From the NCBI GenBank assembly GCA_007376445.1, contig VMGF01000001.1, forward strand, positions 188,203 to 252,202: DNA of 64,000 nucleotides, in the 5' to 3' direction. The stretch is from Parcubacteria group bacterium Gr01-1014_3 (lineage in GTDB: Bacteria > Patescibacteriota > Minisyncoccia > UBA6257 > WO2-44-18). Positions 57,124 through 64,000 of the stretch are shown piece by piece. A model generated the notes under the pieces. That model was not told the origin of the DNA. It did no database searches and saw nothing but the letters and a program-made list of their open reading frames with translations. The position numbers were made by a program, and so were the translations under genes. Numbering within the stretch: the stretch's first letter is position 1; every line of letters begins with the position of its first letter.

Positions 57124-57219
57124 TAATAGCCCGCTCAGAAATGAGCGGGTTTTTTATTGACGGTCATTAAACAAATCCACTTTATAGACTTTATAAACTT
57201 TCGACTTTAGACTAGGGGT

Positions 57220-57705
57220 ATGAAGATCCTAGGTATTGATCCCGGAAGCACCCGAATCGGTTATGGAATTATAGAAGATGCCGTAGGCTTGAAGCTCCTT
57301 GATTATGGAGTTTTAGAAATCAAAGAAAATAATTTGCCCAGCCGGCTCAATCGGTTGTCAGTTTTATTTGATGAACTTATTAAAAAACATCGACCAGAAC
57401 TGGCGGGCGTAGAAAAAATATTCTTTGCTAAAAACACCAAGACCGCCATCGATGTATCGCATTCCCGCGGAGTCATACTCGCGGCCATACAGAAGAATCA
57501 GATTCCGATCATGGAGTTCACTCCGAATGAAGTTAAGCTGGCTGTTTCCGGGTATGGATTGTCGGATAAAAAAGCGGTGGCTAAAATGGTGATGCGAATA
57601 TTAAATTTAAAAGAGCTTAAAGGATATGACGATGCCAGCGACGCGATCGCGATAGCGCTGACAACGGCTTTTAATAAAAAGCTGGCTGGACTTGCCAGGA
57701 AGTAG
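57220..57705 (+). CDS. ruvC: Holliday junction resolvase RuvC
   Basis: ILGIDPG, E..FF..N, TP.EVK.AV.GYG, DD..DA.AIA. Confidence 0.97.
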   Translation: MKILGIDPGSTRIGYGIIEDAVGLKLLDYGVLEIKENNLPSRLNRLSVLFDELIKKHRPELAGVEKIFFAKNTKTAIDVSHSRGVILAAIQKNQIPIMEFTPNEVKLAVSGYGLSDKKAVAKMVMRILNLKELKGYDDASDAIAIALTTAFNKKLAGLARK

Positions 57706-57763
57706 AAGTTCGACCGTTTTGGAATGCGCTCGCGAAGCGAGAAGTCGAACTTTCACTTCCTGG
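57695..57763. repeat. hairpin element, copy 1
   Basis: ccaggaagtagaagttcga...tcgaactttcacttcctgg. Confidence 0.8.
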
Positions 57764-57782
57764 CTTGCTTAAATGGGGGTTG

Positions 57783-57843
57783 ACCCCGCACCTTTCCAAG
57801 GGCATTATCCAAATTGGGTGCTACCCTTGGAAAGGTGCGGGGT
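57783..57843. mobile_element. 61-bp MITE sharing ends with the GIY-YIG element at 51627
   Basis: accccgcacctttc...gaaaggtgcggggt, same ttg.../...tgaca flanks. Confidence 0.8.
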
Positions 57844-57894
57844 TGACAGTAAAATGAGTTTATATATAATTCACCTAATAAATTACATTTAAAA

Positions 57895-57961
57895 CCAGGT
57901 AGTAGAAGTTCGATCGCTTTGAATGCCTCGCGAAGCGAGAAATCGAACTTTCACTACCTGG
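57895..57961. repeat. hairpin element, copy 2
   Basis: ccaggtagtagaagttcga...tcgaactttcactacctgg. Confidence 0.8.
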
Positions 57962-58004
57962 AAAAGGTCGCGAACAAATTTCTATATCTATAAAACAAGT
58001 TTCC

Positions 58005-58172
58005 ATGCTTTTAGAAATTGAAAACGCCCGCAAAGCCAAGAAGCCTGATGGCGATGAGGGTATCGATGATGGCGTTAGCACAGGCGGTGGCAGTACAGAC
58101 GAGGAAGAACTTGGTGATGAGCTCGTAGAAGATGCGGAAGAGCTCTCCGAAGACGAAGAAGGGATACAATAG
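58005..58172 (+). CDS. 55-aa highly acidic protein (not in ORF track)
   Basis: MLLEIENARKAKKPDGDEGIDDG...DEEELGDELVEDAEELSEDEEGIQ; promoter 57843-57870 and terminator after the stop. Confidence 0.6.
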   Translation: MLLEIENARKAKKPDGDEGIDDGVSTGGGSTDEEELGDELVEDAEELSEDEEGIQ

Positions 58173-58233
58173 CGCTCAAAACCTCCATTTAGGAGGTTTT
58201 GACTTTTTTAGACTATAATGTGTATATATACCA

Positions 58234-60621
58234 ATGCGTAAGATCGTTATATATGGTGGTGGGGCTATTTTTGGCTTTTTTTTAATCGGCGTAATCAGTT
58301 TTTTTGTGATCACCAGCGACCTTCCAGGCCCGGAAATTTTGAGCAGCCGGCAGGTTTCGGAATCCACTAAGATCTACGACCGGACCGGGGAAGTTTTGCT
58401 GTACGAAATTCACGGAGAAGAAAAACGAACCTTGGTGCCGCTGGAAAAAATCCCAGAAGTCGTAAAGCAAGCCACGATCGCTATTGAAGATGTGAACTTT
58501 TATAATCACGGCGCTTTTGACCTGAAGGCTCTGCTCCGGGCAGTTTATTCCAACCTGACCGATGGCTACGGTAGTCAGGGCGGCTCCACGATCACCCAAC
58601 AACTGGCGAAAAAAGCTTTCTTGTCCGATGAGAAAAAACTCACCAGAAAGATCCGAGAATTGGTTCTCGCTATAAGGTTAGAAAAAGAATTCACCAAAGA
58701 TGAAATTTTAACTCTTTATCTGAATCAGATCCCGTATGGCTCAAACGCTTACGGCATCCAGGCCGCGGCGCAAACTTATTTTTCTAAAAATGTAGAAGCT
58801 TTAACTCTGCCCGAAGCAGCTATTCTAGCCAGCTTGCCGCAAGCGCCGTCTTATTATTCGCCGTGGGGCGCGAATTATCAGGAGCTGCTTGATCGTAAAG
58901 ACACGGTTCTGGAGAAAATGTTCCAGCTCGGTTATATCGATGAAAAAACCAAAGATCAGGCTATAAAACAAAAGTTAAATTTCTCTTCCCGCTCGGTGGG
59001 CATTAAAGCTCCGCATTTCGTCGTCGCGGTCCAGGATTATCTTAATGAAAAATACGGCGAAGGCTTCGTGCAAACCGCCGGACTGAAGGTTATCACCACT
59101 TTAGACTGGACCCTTCAGCAGATCGCGGAACGGGTCGTTTATGACGGCGCTAAACGCAACGAAGAGTTGTATGCCGGCAAGAACGCGGCTCTGGTGGCTC
59201 AAGACGCGACTACTGGCCAGATTTTGGCGATGGTCGGCTCTAGAGATTATTTCGAAGAGGGAGTCGGAAATTTTAACGTCGCCACTCAGGGATTGCGCCA
59301 GCCGGGTTCCACGATCAAGCCATTCGCTTATCTAGCCGCTTTTAAAAAAGGCTTTACGCCGGACACGATGGTCTTCGATCTGGAAACTGAATTTGACGCG
59401 ACCGGCGATCCGGAAAAAAGTTATAAGCCGCAAAACTTCGATGAAATATTCCGGGGTCCGGTTACTTTACGCCAAGCGCTCGGCCAATCAATCAATATTC
59501 CCTCAATCAAAACACTTTATTTAGCCGGTATCGATAATTTACTAAAACTTTTAAAGACTTTCGGCGTAACCACGCTCACCGAGCGAAGCCGTTATGGTTT
59601 ATCTTTAGTTCTCGGCGGCGGCGAGATGAAATTAAATGAGATCGTCGGGGCTTATTCGGTCTTCGCCCAGGAAGGCATTTACCATAAACAAGCGATGGTT
59701 CTTTCGGTCGCTCAAAACGGAAAGATGCTGGAGCAATATTCTGATGAATCGGAGCAAGTCATCGAATCGCAATATACTCGCTTGATCACCGATATTTTAA
59801 CTGACATCGATATTCGTTCCGGTTTATTTGGCGGAAGTTTAGGGTTAACGATGTTTCCAAATCATGAAGTAGCGATGAAAACCGGTACGACCAATGATTA
59901 TCGCGATGCTTGGACAATCGGCTACACGCCGTCGTTCGTAGTCGGCGTCTGGGCCGGTAACAACGATAACGCTCCGATGCAAAAACGCGGTAGCAGTCTT
60001 TTAGCCGCCGTTCCGATCTGGAGCGCTTTCCTCCGGGAAGCTTTACCAACCCAGCCGACCACGACTTTTAGCCGTCCCGATCCGATCTTCACCGATAAAC
60101 CGATGCTAAACGGCCAGTATATCGTTAATTACTCCGTGGCCGGCCAGAATTATCCACAGATCCATGATCTTCTTTACTATGTGGATAAAAGCGATCCGTT
60201 AGGTCCGGCGCCGGCGAATCCGGAAGAAGATTCTCAATTTACCAACTGGGAAGATCCGGTAATTGAATGGGCCAAGACTCATCTGCCTAATTTTGATACT
60301 TATAATCGCCCGGTTCCTAGTAATGCCACCGCGCAAGTTTCGGAAGAAATCATCAGTAATAATATTATTTCTCCAAAAAACGGATCTTTTCTTAAAAATC
60401 CTCTTTCGGTTTACGCGGAAATAAAAACAAACTTAAATATTAAAACAGTAGAGGTTTATTTTAATAACCAATTAATAGATCGGGTTTTGAATGTCGGGAA
60501 ATATTATATTTACACTAAAAACCTCTCGCTTCAGAATATTGAACTTCAGAATACTTTAAAAATCCTAGTATTAGACGAACTGAATAATAAATCGGAGAAA
60601 GAAATTATTCTCTATAAATAA
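58234..60621 (+). CDS. class A penicillin-binding protein (PBP1A family)
   Basis: AIED..FY.H, GGSTITQQL, RKI.E, STIK, SIN, KTGT. Confidence 0.95.
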   Translation: MRKIVIYGGGAIFGFFLIGVISFFVITSDLPGPEILSSRQVSESTKIYDRTGEVLLYEIHGEEKRTLVPLEKIPEVVKQATIAIEDVNFYNHGAFDLKALLRAVYSNLTDGYGSQGGSTITQQLAKKAFLSDEKKLTRKIRELVLAIRLEKEFTKDEILTLYLNQIPYGSNAYGIQAAAQTYFSKNVEALTLPEAAILASLPQAPSYYSPWGANYQELLDRKDTVLEKMFQLGYIDEKTKDQAIKQKLNFSSRSVGIKAPHFVVAVQDYLNEKYGEGFVQTAGLKVITTLDWTLQQIAERVVYDGAKRNEELYAGKNAALVAQDATTGQILAMVGSRDYFEEGVGNFNVATQGLRQPGSTIKPFAYLAAFKKGFTPDTMVFDLETEFDATGDPEKSYKPQNFDEIFRGPVTLRQALGQSINIPSIKTLYLAGIDNLLKLLKTFGVTTLTERSRYGLSLVLGGGEMKLNEIVGAYSVFAQEGIYHKQAMVLSVAQNGKMLEQYSDESEQVIESQYTRLITDILTDIDIRSGLFGGSLGLTMFPNHEVAMKTGTTNDYRDAWTIGYTPSFVVGVWAGNNDNAPMQKRGSSLLAAVPIWSAFLREALPTQPTTTFSRPDPIFTDKPMLNGQYIVNYSVAGQNYPQIHDLLYYVDKSDPLGPAPANPEEDSQFTNWEDPVIEWAKTHLPNFDTYNRPVPSNATAQVSEEIISNNIISPKNGSFLKNPLSVYAEIKTNLNIKTVEVYFNNQLIDRVLNVGKYYIYTKNLSLQNIELQNTLKILVLDELNNKSEKEIILYK

Positions 60622-60703
60622 ACTCCACTAATATACGAATATAGCGCTAATATACTAATACATAAATTCGAATATTCGTGCTTGATTAGTATATTCGTTG
60701 AGT
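60622..60703. repeat. octamer-repeat palindrome (copy 3)
   Basis: actccactaatatacgaat...attagtatattcgttgagt between convergent stop codons. Confidence 0.8.
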
Positions 60704-61818
60704 TACACCGATTTGATCGGCATCAAAATATAACTATAAGACTCGTCCTCCGGAGATTTAATATTCGCCGGTTTAACACTGCCGTTGATTCCAAATAAAA
60801 GATTTTCCGAATCCACCGCTTTCAAACCATCCATCAGATAACGCCAGTTGAAAGATATTTCGCTGACTTTCTCTCCTTTTATTTTCGCCGGGATCAGATA
60901 TTTGTTTTCTCCCAAAGACTGGCTCACGGAATAAATCTCCACCACCTTCGATCCTTCGTCTATTTTTAATTTAATATCGTTGGTCCGGCCGGCGAAGTTA
61001 CTAACTAGTTTTAAAGCATTCACTAGATAATCTTTATTTAAAATAATCTCCGTTTCGATTCCTTTTGGAATGATCTGTTCGTAGTCAGGATAATCCCCGT
61101 CTATAATCCTTGAAATTAGCTCTAATTCCTCGTTTTTAAAAAGAATCTGCGTATTATCCATATAGATCTTAATCGGCTGATTATCGCCAAAAATACGCAC
61201 AACTTCCGAGATAGTTTTTAATGGCACAATCACTTTAAAACCATGATTAAAATTGTGTTTGAATTGATTGGTATTGATCGTTTTATAGGCCAAACGGAAA
61301 GCATCAGTTGCCACTAGTTTCATCAGGGTCATCTGAAAATCGATCAAAACCCCGCTGATCTCTGGCCTAATTTCGGAAATTTGAGCCGCGCTAACCACTT
61401 TAAACACCCCGTCTTTAAAGATCGGCGCCTCTATTTCCATATTGTAATCCTCGTTCTCAATCTTCGGAATGATTGGGAACTCTTCCTCTGTAACTCCTTG
61501 GATCTTGGCTTCGTAATTATCGGTTTTGAAAATAAGGGTATTATTTTTCGTCTCAAGATTGATCCTTTCGCTGTCGGTATTATTAACAATGCTATATAAA
61601 GTCGAGAATGGCACAGTAATGCCGCCTTCTTCGATGATCTTTCCGGAAGTGAATTTCGTAATGCCTAATTCTAGATTGGTCGCCGCGATCTTAATTTTAT
61701 TATTATAAGTTTTAATTAAAACGTTCCTTAAAATCGGTAAATTATTATTATCCGATACAGCCCTCTCAACGGCTGACAATCCTTCTTTTAAATTACTTCT
61801 TAGGATGATGAGTTTCAT
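60703..61818 (-). CDS. dnaN: DNA polymerase III beta clamp
   Basis: LPIL.NV, ATNLE, ATD.FRL, G.YPDY, ILMPI. Confidence 0.97.
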   Translation of the reverse strand: MKLIILRSNLKEGLSAVERAVSDNNNLPILRNVLIKTYNNKIKIAATNLELGITKFTSGKIIEEGGITVPFSTLYSIVNNTDSERINLETKNNTLIFKTDNYEAKIQGVTEEEFPIIPKIENEDYNMEIEAPIFKDGVFKVVSAAQISEIRPEISGVLIDFQMTLMKLVATDAFRLAYKTINTNQFKHNFNHGFKVIVPLKTISEVVRIFGDNQPIKIYMDNTQILFKNEELELISRIIDGDYPDYEQIIPKGIETEIILNKDYLVNALKLVSNFAGRTNDIKLKIDEGSKVVEIYSVSQSLGENKYLIPAKIKGEKVSEISFNWRYLMDGLKAVDSENLLFGINGSVKPANIKSPEDESYSYILMPIKSV

Positions 61819-62019
61819 TCTCTTAGTATTATTATTTATTTAATATAAAGAATTAGTAGTAGTAGTACTAGTAACTGTGGATTTGTGTATAAGTCTTTTT
61901 CTTCATAGCTAGTCTGGTTTAATTTGATTTAGAATTTCCGGTTAGTCTGTTAATAATTTTCGGATACTGTTTATAACTTCCGGGTTTCATGAAATTCATT
62001 GAAGTTATCCCCAAAATTA
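61819..62019. other. replication origin oriC (dnaA-dnaN intergenic)
   Basis: DnaA boxes (61876-61892 tandem, further TGTTAATAA, TGTTTATAA, TTATCCCCA), TAG trios 61854-61874, AT-rich tract. Confidence 0.85.
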
Positions 62020-63381
62020 TTAACTTTTTACTAACTTTTCTTTAATCATCAGAATTTTATGGTTCAACCCGGTATTTTTGTTGATTTCCTGGTTAATTTT
62101 CTCGAAAGCGTACATCGCGGTGGTGTGATCTCTCTTCCCCAGCTTATCCCCAATAAAAGGAAACGAAAGATCTAACATGTCACGCAATAAAAACATCGCC
62201 ACTTGCCTTGGTTCCACTATTTCCTTCTTGCGGCACCGGCCGATAAGGTCTTTGTCGGAAATATCGTAGAATTCCGCCACTGCCTTTATAACCATCGCCG
62301 GATTAGTTTGGCTACCGACGTCCTGAACGTTCTCGCTGATGATCTGATCGACGATCTTTGAGGTTACCGGCATGTTTTTAGCCTGCTGATAGAATACTAT
62401 CCGGTTCAAAATGCCCTCCAATTCACGGAAATTCTTCTTAACCTTAGTCGCCACCTGATCAATGATCTCTGGAGCGATCACCATCTCCTTTTCGGTCATT
62501 TTTGACTTCAAAACTGCCAATCTAAGCTCATAATCCGGCTGACCGATGTCGCAGATCATTCCACCCTCAAAACGTGAGCGCAGGCGCTCCTGGAGCGTTG
62601 GGATGTAGTTTGGCGAGCGGTCCGAGGAGATGATGATCTGTTTATTGTTTTCGTATAAAGCGTTGAAGGTATGAAAGAACTCTTCCTCGGTCCGGGTCTT
62701 GCCGCCGATGAACTGAATATCATCGATGATCAGCACGTCTACCATCCGGTATTTTTCCTTGATAGTTTCCATCCGCTTATTTCGCATCGCCCAAATTACT
62801 TCATTAGTGAACTTCTCGGACGGAACATATTTAACCTTTATTTTGTTTTGAGATAAATTCTTTATTTCATTTCCGATTCCCTGGATCAAATGAGTCTTTC
62901 CCACGCCAACACCGCCATAAATAAACAATGGATTGTACTTTTTACCGGTGTCTTTGATGATCGCGAGCGCGGCCGCGTAGCACATTTCATTTGCCGATCC
63001 GACTACGAAGGAACTTAACGAGTAGCGAGGATTAAGATTGGTTTCCGGATCAACTTTCATCTCGTTGAAGATCATTTGGTTGGAGGCATCCACCGGCTTT
63101 GAAGCTTGTTGGACGATCTGTTTAGGCGGATTGTTCTTGTTGTGTACGATAAACTCCACCTTCTTGGTGGTGTCGTCGATATTCCTTAAAATTCCTAGAA
63201 TTGTTTTGGAATATTTTTGCTCCACCCACTCTTTCGCGAAAGTGCTGGGAAAACTTATCAAAACTCCCCCGTCTTGTTTTTCCAATAACTGGCTGTTGCG
63301 AAACCAAGTAATAAAATTAGCTTTTGAAACTTGTAATTCAATTTCAGCTAAAGCTTTTTTCCAAAATTCATCGAGCTCCAT
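62020..63381 (-). CDS. dnaA: chromosomal replication initiator DnaA
   Basis: YNPLFIYGGVGVGKTHL, IDDIQF, RL.SRF, RDHTT; start reassigned to MELDEFW. Confidence 0.97.
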   Translation of the reverse strand: MELDEFWKKALAEIELQVSKANFITWFRNSQLLEKQDGGVLISFPSTFAKEWVEQKYSKTILGILRNIDDTTKKVEFIVHNKNNPPKQIVQQASKPVDASNQMIFNEMKVDPETNLNPRYSLSSFVVGSANEMCYAAALAIIKDTGKKYNPLFIYGGVGVGKTHLIQGIGNEIKNLSQNKIKVKYVPSEKFTNEVIWAMRNKRMETIKEKYRMVDVLIIDDIQFIGGKTRTEEEFFHTFNALYENNKQIIISSDRSPNYIPTLQERLRSRFEGGMICDIGQPDYELRLAVLKSKMTEKEMVIAPEIIDQVATKVKKNFRELEGILNRIVFYQQAKNMPVTSKIVDQIISENVQDVGSQTNPAMVIKAVAEFYDISDKDLIGRCRKKEIVEPRQVAMFLLRDMLDLSFPFIGDKLGKRDHTTAMYAFEKINQEINKNTGLNHKILMIKEKLVKS

Positions 63382-63529
63382 GTTTTTTATTCTATTCTTG
63401 TTTAGATAAGTAATGAAACTAAGAAACTTAATAATCTGTGCACTACCTGTGGATAAGATTTCTAAATAAAGAACTGATATTGATAAAATTATAGCAAAGG
63501 AGTAATATATCTGTATACAATAAATCACT

Positions 63530-63664
63530 ATGTCACGGACTTATCAGCCTAAAAAAAGAAAAAGAGCACGAACCCATGGTTTCTTGAAGCGGAGCCGGAA
63601 ATTTGGCGGACGCCGGGTATTGAAGGCGCGACGGCAGAAGGGACGCCATAAGCTGTCTGTTTAA
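63530..63664 (+). CDS. rpmH: 50S ribosomal protein L34 (not in ORF track)
   Basis: [21 protein letters not shown]...[11 protein letters not shown]. Confidence 0.96.
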   Translation: MSRTYQPKKRKRARTHGFLKRSRKFGGRRVLKARRQKGRHKLSV

Positions 63665-63975
63665 TGTTAGCTAAGAAATATCGCTTACCAGTTCAGATAG
63701 CGCTTAAAAAGCGCTATCGTTCGCTAAAAAGCTCTTATTTTTCGGTTAAAATACTGCCCGGCGACCTTGAATATAGCCGCTTTGGCGTGGTGATTAGTAA
63801 GAAAACGGCCAAGAAGGCCGTAGACCGGAACCGGCTGAAGCGAATAGTTTATGACCTAGTGGGAACTAAAAAAGATGACATTTCGGTTGGCGACTATATA
63901 ATAAGTATATTGCCTCCGGCGGCGAGCTTATCAAAAGAAGCTCTCAAAACCGAACTCTTAAAACTTTTAACTTAA
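63664..63975 (+). CDS. rnpA: ribonuclease P protein component
   Basis: RFGVVISKK...AV.RNRLKR. Confidence 0.95.
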   Translation: MLAKKYRLPVQIALKKRYRSLKSSYFSVKILPGDLEYSRFGVVISKKTAKKAVDRNRLKRIVYDLVGTKKDDISVGDYIISILPPAASLSKEALKTELLKLLT

Positions 63976-64000
63976 AACTTATACCTTACAACTAACCATG

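Noticed and set aside
63382-63528. N-terminal extension of DnaA in the ORF track
   Set aside because: AT-rich promoter region containing a DnaA box; homology starts at MELDEFW
1-64000. Alternative genetic code (UGA=Gly)
   Set aside because: Conserved genes are full length under code 11 and TGA is used as a stop (ddl, argS, mutM)

Overview
Origin-proximal chromosome segment of a small-genome bacterium, most likely Patescibacteria/CPR (Parcubacteria-like). This is inferred from the reduced housekeeping gene set, standard code 11, tRNAs mostly without encoded CCA, and a pilus ATPase. Core genes include dnaA, dnaN, oriC, rpmH, rnpA, ruvABC, uvrB, uvrC, a split polA, mutM, holA, ileS, argS, trpS, smpB plus tmRNA, infC-rpmI-rplT, rnj, ddl, murE and a class A PBP, along with six tRNAs. 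About 20 solitary accessory genes sit between them. Four layers are not captured by the ORF track. (1) There appear to be two expression grammars: core genes look leaderless (-10 box, 6-7 nt, ATG), while nearly every accessory gene has a full sigma70 promoter, a boxA-like motif (about GYWCTTTRAMA) at the predicted +1, an SD and usually a terminator. (2) Two stand-alone GIY-YIG nuclease genes are each bracketed by their own inverted-repeat family, and nuclease-free copies of those repeats occur at tRNA 3' ends, at a TTGACA -35 box and in-frame inside housekeeping proteins. (3) There are several further MITE-like hairpins and heptamer/octamer tandem-repeat palindromes. (4) There is an orphan DGR-type target gene, a promoter-driven candidate ncRNA and a tRNA-Leu lacking the long variable arm. 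All calls were made by eye; no database searches were run, and repeat boundaries may be off by a few bases.
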